Positions 19,864 to 29,737 of a DNA stretch of 64,000 nt are shown here, one piece after another. Within the stretch, counting starts at the first letter, position 1. Every line of letters starts with the position of its first letter. The DNA comes from Bacteroidota bacterium (lineage in GTDB: Bacteria; Bacteroidota; Bacteroidia; Bacteroidales; FEN-979): the NCBI GenBank assembly GCA_037138335.1, contig JBAXIO010000009.1, positions 110,262 through 174,261 on the forward strand, given 5' to 3'. The notes under the pieces were generated by a model. It searched no databases. It saw nothing but the letters and a program-made list of their open reading frames with translations, and was not told the DNA's origin. A program made the translations under genes and the position numbers.

Positions 19864-20473
19864 CTTTCAAAATCGTTAAATCATCAGTCTGCTGCCTCAG
19901 CCGCATCACAAAGATCCCCAGTATCAGCACGCTCACAAAGATATCCAGCAGTATCCCGAGGTTAATAAGCATGGGGATCTCGCTGCCAATGGCCAGCGAA
20001 AGCAGCAGCACTGCATTTTCGATCACCAGGAACCCAACCAGGTGCGAGAAGATCTTACGGTGCGAAATGATAAGGAACAGCCCGGTAAATACGGCAAAGA
20101 ATGAAACAATAAAAAACAGCAGGTTATAGGGGGTGGTATTCATTGAGAATGAAACCACTATACTCAGCAACAGCCCCATGGTCACAAATAACAGTGAATA
20201 GAAAGACGGAAGGGCTTTTTCGTGGACCCTTGCCACGCCTGTTTTTCGGATCACCGTAAACAGCAGGTAAGGCACCACGATCACTTTAAAAAGCAGGGTT
20301 TCTATGGCGACGAAAAGCACAGTGGCGAGGGTGATCCTGTCGAGCTGCAAAAAGGATAAACCAAACAGCAACAACCCCTGGAGGCCGACAAGTCCTGCAT
20401 ATATCCTGAACCTCTCGGTTACGCTGAGGTAGATCAGGCTGATCGCAAAGACGATGATGAGCATTGAGGTCAT
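19856..20473 (-). CDS. hyfE: HyfE-like membrane subunit
   Basis: Highly hydrophobic; ETLLFKVIVVP, GFLVIENA, GILLDIF; lies between hyfC-like and hyfF-like genes. Confidence 0.85.
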   Translation of the reverse strand: MTSMLIIVFAISLIYLSVTERFRIYAGLVGLQGLLLFGLSFLQLDRITLATVLFVAIETLLFKVIVVPYLLFTVIRKTGVARVHEKALPSFYSLLFVTMGLLLSIVVSFSMNTTPYNLLFFIVSFFAVFTGLFLIISHRKIFSHLVGFLVIENAVLLLSLAIGSEIPMLINLGILLDIFVSVLILGIFVMRLRQQTDDLTILKDD

Positions 20474-20474
20474 A

Positions 20475-21389
20475 TCAGCGGATGAGGTTGCGGGTTAACA
20501 GTAATACAACGATAAAAGCGATCAGTGCGATGGAACTCAGGGTAACGATGAACTGCGGATTTTTAGCCAGTTTTTTTCTGGCGCGGAATGATTCCATGAG
20601 CCCGATGGCAGCAGCAAACCCTGCCTGGACAAGGAAGAACAGCGGCATATTCGCCCCCAGCCATCCGCCTTCAACAGGTAAAATTAAATTCGCGATAAGC
20701 CCCCCGTACAAAACGAATTTGAGGTTTGTCCCTGTCTGGATCAGGGCCAGGTCGACGCCGCTGTAATCGAGTATCATTACTTCGTGGACCATGGTGAGTT
20801 CGAGATGTGTTTTAGGGTCATCAACAGGCATACGGCTGTTTTCTATCATTGCGATCTGGACCAGGAGGTAAATTGCAATGGCTCCTGCGATCAGGGAGAA
20901 TTCGCCTGCAAACTGGAAATGTGAAAAGATACCCTGCATTGAAAGTTGTCCTGAAAGCAGAGACAGTGTCCCAAGCAAAATGAAAAAAGCCGGTTCGGTA
21001 AGCATCGAATAAAGGGCTTCACGGTTGGCGCCCATGCCTTCGAAGCTGCTCCCGGTATCGAGTGCGCCAAGGATGAAGAGAAGTTTGCCAAGGGCCAGCA
21101 GGTAAGCAAAGAGGATGAAGTCGCCTTCAAACCCAAATGCAGAAGGCATACCGGGGAAAGGCAGTAAAAGCAGGGCACAAAAAATAGTGGCGAGGTAAAC
21201 GGCGGGGGCCAGCCTGAAGATGAAACTGGTAGTTGTGCTGAACACGCTGCTTTTCCTGAAAAAAAGGTTAATGTTCTTCCATGGCTGCAGTAATCCCGGC
21301 CCTTTGCGGCCGCTTGCAATGCTTTTAACCCTGAGGATAATCCCGGGGAAAAAGATTGCAGATGCTATAGCCAGCAGGGTTCCCGTCAT
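20475..21389 (-). CDS. hyfC: HyfC/HycD (NuoH-like) membrane subunit
   Basis: GRKGPGLLQPW, ALDTGSSFEGMGANRE, ENSRMPVDDPKTHLELTMVHEVMILDYSG; ATG 21389 overlaps the upstream stop (ATGA). Confidence 0.9.
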   Translation of the reverse strand: MTGTLLAIASAIFFPGIILRVKSIASGRKGPGLLQPWKNINLFFRKSSVFSTTTSFIFRLAPAVYLATIFCALLLLPFPGMPSAFGFEGDFILFAYLLALGKLLFILGALDTGSSFEGMGANREALYSMLTEPAFFILLGTLSLLSGQLSMQGIFSHFQFAGEFSLIAGAIAIYLLVQIAMIENSRMPVDDPKTHLELTMVHEVMILDYSGVDLALIQTGTNLKFVLYGGLIANLILPVEGGWLGANMPLFFLVQAGFAAAIGLMESFRARKKLAKNPQFIVTLSSIALIAFIVVLLLTRNLIR

Positions 21390-23410
21390 ATCAGTTTCAG
21401 ATAAAGAAGAACAAAGATCAGGAGGATAAAAATAAATGCATAAAGCACGTAATGTCTGATGTTGCCGGTTTGAAGCCGGGCCAGCTTTTTCAGTACCAGC
21501 CACGACAAGTCGGTGAGCTTGCCCAGGCCTTTGCTGAAAATATCCCCGGTTTGAATATGCATTGAACGTTTGTGCGGGAAGATATCCTCAGCTGCAATGG
21601 CCCTGAACTCCTCCCTGTTCTGCAACACAGGCTGGGCCAACTCTGAGAGGTTCCCTGAAAATGAAGCCCCGGTATATTGCTGCCTCGCGGTCCCATGGGT
21701 ATACCCGCAACCCCAGGTGGGGCCGTATATGACTTCCCGATTTTTCAGCAATCGCAATCTTAACAAAAGTATTGCGGTGACAAGGCTTACCAGGATAAGC
21801 CCGAAAAGACTGATTTTACTTAATGCGACGGCAGGAAATATACCCGCAGGCAACATCCCCGGATGGAACTGGCTTTCGACAAGCCCGGCGATGGGAGTGA
21901 TAAACACAAGTGGCATCAGTCCGATCCCGAGGATCACAAATGCAATCAGTAACTGGGGAAAGATCATGTCACTGGTTACTGTGCCTGGTTGTATAGGGAT
22001 GTTTTTTCGGGGGGTGCCGAGAAAGCTTATGCCAAAAGCCCTTGAGAAGCTGAAAATGGCCAGTCCCCCTATCAGCGTAAGGCTGAGAATGATCAGGAGG
22101 AAGAGGATGGACAGGTATTCGTTCCCTGCGCCAAGGCCTTTGAAGAACCCTGCATATAAAAGGAATTCCGAGATGAACCCGTTGAGGGGAGGAAGTGCGC
22201 AGATAGCAGCCGAGCCGAAAAGGAACAAGCCGGCAGTGCGGGGAAGCGAATGTACCAGCCCTCCCAGTTCTTCGATATTCCTTGTGTGTGTTGCCCTGAA
22301 AACCGAGCCCGAGCCGTAAAAAAGAAGGGATTTAAACAGTGAATGGTTCAGGACATGGAGCAGGCTGCCCGTGAAGCCCAGAACGGTAAGGACGGGATTA
22401 TGCAAGGCAATCCCTATGGATCCCAGGCCCATTCCCAGGCCGATGATCCCTATGTTTTCGATGGTGGAATAAGCCAGTACCCGTTTAATGTCTTTCTGGG
22501 TTGTCGAAAATAAAATGCCCAGTAATCCGGTGCCGGTTGAGACAATGAGCAGGACCAGGCCAATGCTGTACCAGTCGGACTGCACCGAAGTCAATACGCG
22601 GAAAATGCCGTAGATCCCCATTTTGATCATCACCCCCGACATCACCCCCGAAACATGGGACGGGGCGGCAGGATGTGCTTCGGGGAGCCAGGTGTGGAAA
22701 GGCATGAACCCTGCTTTGATGCCGAAACCTGCAAAGAACAGAAGAAAAAGCCCTGTGTTGTTGTGATTTGAGAACCAGGTGGGGAGAGCATCGAAACTCA
22801 TTTGGCCTGTGCCGGCTTCGGTGATAAGGAAGGCAATCAGCAGGAAAAGAAAGCCGATATGCATCTGTACCAGGTAATTGACTGCCGTTTTCAGGGTTGA
22901 CCGTTTTTCAGCCTCGAATAAAATCAGCATGAAAGAAGAAACGGCCATCAGTTCCCAGGCGATGAGAAATGAAAGACCGTCACGCAGGGTTAACACGGCA
23001 AGCATGGAAAGGTGAAGCCATGCATAGCTGAAATAATGAAGTGAAAACTGGGCCGGGTTTTTGGTTTTTTCATATGCCTTGAGATAGCCCCTCGAGTAGA
23101 GCATTCCTGTAAGCACTGTAAAATTGGTTACAAGGATGAAAAAGGAACTTAACTTATCGATGGTGAAACGGAGTTCCCCCAGGTCTCCTTTGAAAATCCA
23201 GTTTGTGGCCTGAAGGCTTGCCGTAATTGCCGATCCCGTTTTGAGGCTTGAGGTAACAGGAACCGAAAGAAATTGAAGTATGGCAGGGGTCGAAGTAACA
23301 AGGATGATAAACAGGATAAGAGAAAGGGTATAATAATAGCGCACCTTCCCGGGAACTACCAGGATCAGAAACGAAAGTAAAACCGCCGCAGGGATAAAGT
23401 ATTGCGCCAT
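21386..23410 (-). CDS. hyfB: HyfB/HycC (NuoL-like) antiporter-like subunit
   Basis: FLIAWELMAVSSF, GFGIKAGFMPFHTWLPEAHPAAPSHVSGVMSG, KRVLAYSTIENIG, NHSLFKSLLF, LPPLNGFISE, TWGCGY. ATG 23410 preferred. Confidence 0.9.
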   Translation of the reverse strand: MAQYFIPAAVLLSFLILVVPGKVRYYYTLSLILFIILVTSTPAILQFLSVPVTSSLKTGSAITASLQATNWIFKGDLGELRFTIDKLSSFFILVTNFTVLTGMLYSRGYLKAYEKTKNPAQFSLHYFSYAWLHLSMLAVLTLRDGLSFLIAWELMAVSSFMLILFEAEKRSTLKTAVNYLVQMHIGFLFLLIAFLITEAGTGQMSFDALPTWFSNHNNTGLFLLFFAGFGIKAGFMPFHTWLPEAHPAAPSHVSGVMSGVMIKMGIYGIFRVLTSVQSDWYSIGLVLLIVSTGTGLLGILFSTTQKDIKRVLAYSTIENIGIIGLGMGLGSIGIALHNPVLTVLGFTGSLLHVLNHSLFKSLLFYGSGSVFRATHTRNIEELGGLVHSLPRTAGLFLFGSAAICALPPLNGFISEFLLYAGFFKGLGAGNEYLSILFLLIILSLTLIGGLAIFSFSRAFGISFLGTPRKNIPIQPGTVTSDMIFPQLLIAFVILGIGLMPLVFITPIAGLVESQFHPGMLPAGIFPAVALSKISLFGLILVSLVTAILLLRLRLLKNREVIYGPTWGCGYTHGTARQQYTGASFSGNLSELAQPVLQNREEFRAIAAEDIFPHKRSMHIQTGDIFSKGLGKLTDLSWLVLKKLARLQTGNIRHYVLYAFIFILLIFVLLYLKLI

Positions 23411-23500
23411 TGCTTTGCAAAGTAAAAGCAAAGCTTTATAGGGTCACCCGTTTAAAGCGAGAACTTATAAACAGGGATATAGTGAAAAAATAAATGAAGC

Positions 23501-24187
23501 TTAGTAGTATTTATCAACCTTGGGATTTCCCTTGCTGTCATAATAGGTCCACTTCCCGCTTTTTTTCCCGTTGGTTAAATATCCGTCAAAATCCTTCAGG
23601 CCGTTTTTATGATAACCTACAACCGGCCCTGTATAAGGAGCCCCGTCAAGGAATTTTATCGCAGCGCCCTTCAACTGCGTCCAGGGTACAGGCTCCTGTG
23701 CCTTTTCCACTTTTACTTCACGTGGCTTTGCTTCCCGGGGCTTAGATGGCTTTGGTGCTGCAATGGCTTTTTCTTCCTGGACTGCTGCCGGTGGAGCAGA
23801 AGCTGCGGGTTTTACGGAATCAACCAGGGTGCCCTCACTCGAAAGAAGCTTGCCATACTTATACATTTCCACAGCCTGTTGCTGCCCGTTGTCGTGCCAG
23901 TAGGTCCATGTGCCATCTTTGACTCCTTCTTTGAAATTTCCTTCCATTTGCTTTTGCCCGTTTGGGTAATAATAGACCCATAAACCTTCACGCAATCCTT
24001 TATCGAGTTTTCCCTGCATGGTAACTTTCCCGTTATTGTACTCTGCCACATCGCCGGTGAATGGTTTATCTTTGTTGGCAAGGTAAAAAACGCCATTGCG
24101 GTCCTGCAACTGGCTGAAAGTCGCAACATCAGGAGAACAGGCATAAAGTAAGATCAAAATGCCGGAAATGAGTAAAATTTTTTTCAT
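23501..24187 (-). CDS. Lipoprotein with MORN/YwqK-like repeats and a Pro/Ala/Lys-rich linker
   Basis: MKKILLISGILILLYAC lipobox; repeats GLREGLWVYYYPNGQK, GVKDGTWTYWHDNGQ, GKKSGKWTYYDSKG. Confidence 0.75.
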   Translation of the reverse strand: MKKILLISGILILLYACSPDVATFSQLQDRNGVFYLANKDKPFTGDVAEYNNGKVTMQGKLDKGLREGLWVYYYPNGQKQMEGNFKEGVKDGTWTYWHDNGQQQAVEMYKYGKLLSSEGTLVDSVKPAASAPPAAVQEEKAIAAPKPSKPREAKPREVKVEKAQEPVPWTQLKGAAIKFLDGAPYTGPVVGYHKNGLKDFDGYLTNGKKSGKWTYYDSKGNPKVDKYY

Positions 24188-24400
24188 GACGGTGGTTTTT
24201 AAGTTCAAACTTAGATTTTTACTAAACTTACCCGGATTACGCTTGTGTTAAAAAATTAATCGCATGACTGAAAATCAAGTACCAAATTAATAATTATACA
24301 TTCAAAATTAATAAAATTAAACAGGTATCAAATATATTTTGCCAAAACAATACATTACCTTAGCGCACAGGAATCCGTTTCATAAATTTCAAATCACCTG

Positions 24401-26257
24401 ATGAATCTTTCTTTCAGAAAAAAACTCATCCTGTTCAGCTTGCTTTTAGCTGCCTCCGCATATGGGTTTGCCGGCCCAGGCAAGGATTCGGTCAGTGTGC
24501 ATAACATGATCAGAAAAGGCCGGGTGCTTGATGATTCAGATGGAGCGGCAGCCCAGTCTTTTTATAATAAAGCCGTCAGATTAGCCGATTCTCTGAATTT
24601 ACAGGATGAAATGATCGCTTCCACCCTGGTAGTCATGGCCGATTATGATACTTACCGCGGGAAACTTGATTCGGCCATGCACCTTTCGCTTAAGGCATTG
24701 AAATTCTATGAGGATAATGGAAAAACAAAAGAAAGTATAAGGTCGCTTTCAAGAATAGGCGATATTTTACGAGCCAACGGAATGTATGACAAGAGCTATG
24801 ATTATTTCCGCAAAGCGCTCAAGATTCTGAGGGAGGTGAATGACAGCACTTTGCTTGCATCAGTATATAACAGGCTGTCGGCCTCCTATTATGAAGATTT
24901 AAAAGTAAGCCTTGATTCTTCCTCCAAATACGCTTTGCTTTCCCTGTCAATCGCCAGGAAGCTGAATCTCCGGGGCCGCATATCCAACAATCTGAATATA
25001 CTCGGCTCAATAGAGTCGAAAAAGGGGAATTATCTAAAGGCTATCGATTACTACAACCAGGCCCTGCCAATACTCAGTGAAGTGGCTCCTGTTGACATGG
25101 CATTGACCCTTGCCAATATGGGTTCGAATTATGAGAAGATTAAAAACTACGGGAAAGCCGAAGAAGCAAATTTAAAGGCCCTGGAACTGGCCAGGAACGC
25201 CGGTATACCACAGTATATCTGGATGGCATGCAAGAACCTTTCGTCAACCTACCAGGAAACAGGAAGGTACAAGGAAGCTTGCAAATACCTTGAACTATAT
25301 TCCCAGATAGAATCCGAATTGTTATCCCAGCGTGTATTGGTCCAGGTACAGGATTTCGACAACCGTATCGAGATAGAAAAAAGGAATGATGAAAATAAGC
25401 GCCTTGAATACGAGCAACAGATCACAAAAGGACAGTTTAAATTTACACTGATCCTCTCCATTTTTCTGTTTTTCATTCTTATATCGGCTGCGGTCTTCCT
25501 GGTTTTCCAGCAGAAGCAAAGAAGGAAAATTAACCAGGTTGTCGCCAAGCTCGACCAGTCAAATGTTGTGCTCAGGCGTTTTATTTCTATCCTCGCACAT
25601 GACCTTCGATCGCCTTTCAATTCGATCCTGGGATTTTCCGACATCTTGAAAAACGAACCGGACCTCAGCGAGCGGGAACGCGAAATGGCCGTCAACTCCT
25701 TATCGCAGACAAGTCACCTGACCTATCACCTGCTTGAAAGGCTTCTCGAGTGGTCCCAGCTTGAGTCGGGTTCCATACATCCGAAAAAGAAACTTTTCCT
25801 TTTAAACGAGCATATCGTTGAAACAATCTCGCTGCTAAACCATGCTGCGCAATTGAAGAATATTGTACTTGAATTTAAGGCAATAGCCGAGGTTAAAATA
25901 TTTGCCGATCCCAACATGATCCAGACGGCTGTTCGCAATGTAATCTCAAACGCAATTAAATTCACAAGACCCGGAGGATGGGTTAGTGTTTCCCTTGAAA
26001 CCAGTGAAGATATTGTTCATGTCGTTATACAGGATAACGGTATAGGAATGACAGCCGACGTCCTGGATAAAGTGTTCAGGATTGAGGAAAACTACAAATC
26101 AAAAGGCACATCGGGAGAATCGGGGACCGGTCTCGGGCTTATACTCTGTAAGGAGTATATTGAAATGAACGGGGGGAATATCAAGATTATCAGCGATCCG
26201 GAAAAAGGGAGCACATTCACTCTTGAATTGCCATTGGGGATGGATCAGCTGACCTAA
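24401..26257 (+). CDS. TPR-containing sensor histidine kinase
   Basis: Signal peptide, TPR-like helices (NNLNILGSIESKKGNYLKAIDYYNQAL), one TM, H-box SILAHDLRSPF, RNVISNAIKFT, DNGIGM, GTGLGL. Confidence 0.92.
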   Translation: MNLSFRKKLILFSLLLAASAYGFAGPGKDSVSVHNMIRKGRVLDDSDGAAAQSFYNKAVRLADSLNLQDEMIASTLVVMADYDTYRGKLDSAMHLSLKALKFYEDNGKTKESIRSLSRIGDILRANGMYDKSYDYFRKALKILREVNDSTLLASVYNRLSASYYEDLKVSLDSSSKYALLSLSIARKLNLRGRISNNLNILGSIESKKGNYLKAIDYYNQALPILSEVAPVDMALTLANMGSNYEKIKNYGKAEEANLKALELARNAGIPQYIWMACKNLSSTYQETGRYKEACKYLELYSQIESELLSQRVLVQVQDFDNRIEIEKRNDENKRLEYEQQITKGQFKFTLILSIFLFFILISAAVFLVFQQKQRRKINQVVAKLDQSNVVLRRFISILAHDLRSPFNSILGFSDILKNEPDLSEREREMAVNSLSQTSHLTYHLLERLLEWSQLESGSIHPKKKLFLLNEHIVETISLLNHAAQLKNIVLEFKAIAEVKIFADPNMIQTAVRNVISNAIKFTRPGGWVSVSLETSEDIVHVVIQDNGIGMTADVLDKVFRIEENYKSKGTSGESGTGLGLILCKEYIEMNGGNIKIISDPEKGSTFTLELPLGMDQLT

Positions 26258-26385
26258 GTGGTCAGATTATAAGCTATACGGTTTGATCAATTTACCTGAA
26301 CTCATTCAAAGCCGGACCGTCGGTTCGAAGTCCCCGTCCTTAATCATCAGTAAATTCAACCTTATTCCCAACCCGCGTTTCAGCC

Positions 26386-26961
26386 ATGGATAATGAGATT
26401 CTAAAATTTAAAAATTACCTGGCACAGCTTACCTCAATTGATGATAAATCCTTTGAGATGGCTGCTGAATATTTAAAAATTGAGAAAATATTCAGGGGAG
26501 ACTATTTAATTAAAGAAGGACAAATTTGCAATAAGATTGCATACATAGCCGAAGGGCTCTTCAGGATTTACAATTTAAAGGACGGCTTGGAGATAAACAC
26601 CTGTTTTTGTCTGGAAAATTCAATAACAACATCGTTTAGCAGTTTTGTTTACCAGGTTCCTTCTGTTGAAAGTATACAAGCTCTTGAAGACTCCCTGGTA
26701 GTTACACTTTCCTATGGGAATTTGACAAAACTGCAAAAGGCAAGTGCAAAGTGGCAAACAATCAGGCAATTGTTTACCGAAAAAGAGTGCCTTCGATTGT
26801 CCGACAGGGCAAGTTCATTAAGTTTTGAGTCAGCCCTGGAGAAATATGAAAATCTTCTTAAACTCCAGCCCGATATTATTCGAAGGGTGTCCATTCAGCA
26901 TATTGCATCTTATATCGGAGTGTCAAGGGAAACATTAAGCCGGATCCGTTCCAGGATCTGA
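26386..26961 (+). CDS. Crp/Fnr-family (cNMP-binding) transcriptional regulator
   Basis: LIKEGQIC...EGLFRIY cNMP-binding fold; C-terminal HIASYIGVSRETLSRIR helix-turn-helix. Confidence 0.9.
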   Translation: MDNEILKFKNYLAQLTSIDDKSFEMAAEYLKIEKIFRGDYLIKEGQICNKIAYIAEGLFRIYNLKDGLEINTCFCLENSITTSFSSFVYQVPSVESIQALEDSLVVTLSYGNLTKLQKASAKWQTIRQLFTEKECLRLSDRASSLSFESALEKYENLLKLQPDIIRRVSIQHIASYIGVSRETLSRIRSRI

Positions 26962-26973
26962 CAATGTATTTTT

Positions 26974-26987
26974 GTGACAAATGTCAA
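26974..26987 (+). promoter_or_regulatory. Putative Crp/Fnr-type operator
   Basis: GTGACAAATGTCAA (TGACA-N2-TGTCA palindrome) between the regulator and the methyltransferase gene. Confidence 0.55.
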
Positions 26988-27045
26988 TTGAAACCAGCTT
27001 TTTTACCAATTATTTTGCTTCATAATTATAAACTAAAATTAAGTT

Positions 27046-27861
27046 ATGAAACGAAAAGGAATACATAAGCCTACGGTAGAAGATGCAATTGAGTTAAGCG
27101 GAATTGAAATATTGCATCCCGGCGGGTTTGAATTAACCAAAAGGACTGCTGAACTTTGCGAATTAAAAGAAGGGATCAGCGTTTTAGATGTGTCAAGCGG
27201 ACGGGGAACCCAGGCAATATATTATGCTAAGACATTCGGTGCAAATGTAACCGGGCTGGATATCTCGGAAGAAATGATTAAAACAGCTACAAAAAGTTCA
27301 ATAGAAAATGGTGTAATGGATAAGGTAAAATTTATCCTGGGGGATTCCCAGAATCTGCCATTTAATGATAATGAGTTTGATGTTGTCATTAATGAATGTG
27401 CAGTTGGAATACCCGATGATTCTCAGAAAGTGTTAAATGAAATGCTCAGGGTTGTTAAACCAAACGGGGCAGTTGCTATTCATGAATCGACCTGGAAAAA
27501 GTCATTGCCGGAAAAGGAAAAGGATGAAATTTCAGAAAGATATGGAACAACACCACTGGAATTTACTCAATGGAAAGAGATGTTGGAAAATGCAGGAGCT
27601 ATTAATATAGTCGGTGAATTTGAGCAATGGTCAAAACCTGAAATGTTCTGGAATATCAGGAAAGACAGAAAAGTAAAAAACTATAAAAGCGTTATGTCAA
27701 TCGGTGAAAAGATTTTAACTGCATTCAGGGTTTTTAACATTCATGGATTTAAAGGGGTTATTAAAGTATTTGAAAACGAAAAATATTTCTTCAGAACAGT
27801 ATTAAGGGGAGAATTAGGATATGCTTTATTTAAAGGAATAAAAAAAGCCGGAATCGATTGA
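27046..27861 (+). CDS. Class I SAM-dependent methyltransferase
   Basis: LHPGGFELTKR, VLDVSSGRG (motif I), GLDISEEM, GDSQNLPFNDNEFDVV, RVVKPNG. Confidence 0.9.
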   Translation: MKRKGIHKPTVEDAIELSGIEILHPGGFELTKRTAELCELKEGISVLDVSSGRGTQAIYYAKTFGANVTGLDISEEMIKTATKSSIENGVMDKVKFILGDSQNLPFNDNEFDVVINECAVGIPDDSQKVLNEMLRVVKPNGAVAIHESTWKKSLPEKEKDEISERYGTTPLEFTQWKEMLENAGAINIVGEFEQWSKPEMFWNIRKDRKVKNYKSVMSIGEKILTAFRVFNIHGFKGVIKVFENEKYFFRTVLRGELGYALFKGIKKAGID

Positions 27862-27887
27862 TTACCAGCTTTTTTAGATTTTCTCAG

Positions 27888-27959
27888 TAGCCCCGATAGG
27901 AATCGAACCTATATTTAAAGTTTAGGAAACTTCCGTTCTATCCATTGAACTACGGGGCC
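27888..27959 (-). tRNA. tRNA-Arg (anticodon CCT), CCA not encoded
   Basis: Reverse complement GGCCCCGTAGTTCAATGGATAGAACGGAAGTTTCCTAAACTTTAAATATAGGTTCGATTCCTATCGGGGCTA folds into a cloverleaf with anticodon loop TT-CCT-AA and T-loop GGTTCGATTCC; TACCTTTG promoter box at 27970-27977. Confidence 0.95.
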
Positions 27960-28052
27960 AATGGGGGTGCAAAGGTATAAAAAATTCTTTTGAAGGAATC
28001 AAGCAGGCAGCACATTAGAGAATAACCAGAATCCCCTTCACGGGATCCATGA

Positions 28053-28682
28053 TCAGATAAGCCCGTTATCTATTACATAATGAATGATCTCGGAATTGTT
28101 TTTCAGGTTCATTTTCTTGAGGATGCGGGTGCGGTAGGTGCTGACAGTACGGTCGCTGATGCCAAGTTTTTCGGCTATTTCAATCAGTGATTTTCCCGAT
28201 CCCACCATACACATTACGTCGAATTCACGGTCGGAAAGCCGTTCATGCGGCGATTTATCGTTCAGCTCATTTAGTTCGTCGGCAAGCTTCTCTGCAATTG
28301 CAGGGGTTATGTATTTACCGCCTGTACTGACTTTGCGGATAGCTTCAACGATCATTTCAGGTGCCATCTCCTTGGTGAGGTAGCCTGAGGCCCCGGCTTT
28401 GAAAGCCCTTATGGCAAAACGGTCCTCGGGATAAATGCTGAGCATGATTATCTTTACATGGGGCTGGATCTTTTTCACGTCTTTAATGATCTCCAGACCA
28501 TTGCGTCCCGGCAGCGAGATATCAAGAATAATTACATCCGGTTTATTCGATGAAACAAGCTTCAGGGCTTCGGCAGCATTCTTTGCCATACCCACAACAG
28601 CTATTCCTGTTTCAAGCTTCAGGATGGTTTTTAAACCTTCACGAACAATGGCGTGGTCATCAACAATCAGTATATTGATCAT
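28053..28682 (-). CDS. NarL/UvrY-family response regulator
   Basis: ILIVDDHAIVREGL, ILDISLPGRNG, GASGYLTK; LuxR HTH LSDREFDV...TVSTYRTRILKKM. Confidence 0.95.
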   Translation of the reverse strand: MINILIVDDHAIVREGLKTILKLETGIAVVGMAKNAAEALKLVSSNKPDVIILDISLPGRNGLEIIKDVKKIQPHVKIIMLSIYPEDRFAIRAFKAGASGYLTKEMAPEMIVEAIRKVSTGGKYITPAIAEKLADELNELNDKSPHERLSDREFDVMCMVGSGKSLIEIAEKLGISDRTVSTYRTRILKKMNLKNNSEIIHYVIDNGLI

Positions 28683-28687
28683 AGTAT

Positions 28688-29737
28688 TTATGATTGCGGA
28701 TTTGGTTGCAGGGGAACCTCAAGCAAAACCGTGGTCCCTTTCCCTTTGATCCCGGTGATTTTTAACTGGCCTTTCAAAAGTTTAACTCTTTCCTGCATGC
28801 CTATGATCCCGAATGAGCGTTTATGGTTCAGTTCTTCTTCCCGTATACCGATACCGTCATCCTTCACGCGCAGCAGGAACTGGTGCTGCTGCTTGCGAAG
28901 GAATACTGTAACCTTACCGGCTCCCGAATGCTTGGCTATATTATTCATTATCTCCTGGAATATCCTGAAGACTGCAGTGGACAGCACAGGGTCAAGTTTA
29001 AAGTCTTTAGGATATACCGTAAAGCCTGTGGTAAACCCCGTTCGCTCCCCGAAATCCCTTGTATACCATCGCAGGGTTGCAATAAGTCCCAGCTCGTCAA
29101 GCACTTCCGGGCGTAATTCCGTTGCGAGTTTGCGGATCAGGTCGACTGTACTTTCTACCAGGGCCGACATTGAACGGATATGTTTTTCAATTTCCGGATC
29201 AGGGTTTCCATGCCCCAGGCGCCTGCGCAACAATGACAATTCCATCTTCAGCGCCGAAAGGGATGATCCCACCCCATCGTGGATTTCACGTGCAATGCGC
29301 TTTTTTTCCTTCTCCATCCCTGCTTCAATATGTGCCGAAAGATCACGAAGTTTCTGGGTCAACCCCTGCATTCGGTCCTCCGACTGCCTGCGGTAGGTCA
29401 TATCAAGAATGGAAATAAGATATTCATCAGGATTAACGAGACTTACCACGTTAGCCTGGGCAATTGTGGCCGCTCCGTTTAAGGTTATCAGTGTAAGTTC
29501 AAAGGCTTTGTTCCCTGCCAGGGGAGTACTGCCACCTATGACCGAAGAAAGCATCAGCCGGGATTCATCTGAAATAAACCGGCAGAAATCCTGGTTCATT
29601 ATGATATTAGGATCCGTTCCAAGCAAACCGGCACAAAACTTATTTGCAAAGAGGATGGTACATTTTTCATCCAGGACAAGATATCCCACAGGGGCGATAT
29701 CAAACAGGGATTCATACCTGGCAGGCAAGGGGTTCAT
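28688..29737 (-). CDS. Soluble PAS sensor histidine kinase (HisKA_3, NarX/UhpB type)
   Basis: N-terminal PAS; EKKRIAREIHDGVG; ELRPEVLDELGL; FRIFQEIMNNIAKHS; SFGIIGMQERV. Confidence 0.92.
   Translation of the reverse strand: MNPLPARYESLFDIAPVGYLVLDEKCTILFANKFCAGLLGTDPNIIMNQDFCRFISDESRLMLSSVIGGSTPLAGNKAFELTLITLNGAATIAQANVVSLVNPDEYLISILDMTYRRQSEDRMQGLTQKLRDLSAHIEAGMEKEKKRIAREIHDGVGSSLSALKMELSLLRRRLGHGNPDPEIEKHIRSMSALVESTVDLIRKLATELRPEVLDELGLIATLRWYTRDFGERTGFTTGFTVYPKDFKLDPVLSTAVFRIFQEIMNNIAKHSGAGKVTVFLRKQQHQFLLRVKDDGIGIREEELNHKRSFGIIGMQERVKLLKGQLKITGIKGKGTTVLLEVPLQPNPQS

Noticed and set aside
26322-26333. GGTTCGAAGTCC as a tRNA remnant or att site bounding an island
   Set aside because: Short, opposite in orientation to the tRNA-Arg, does not match its 3' end and has no cloverleaf.
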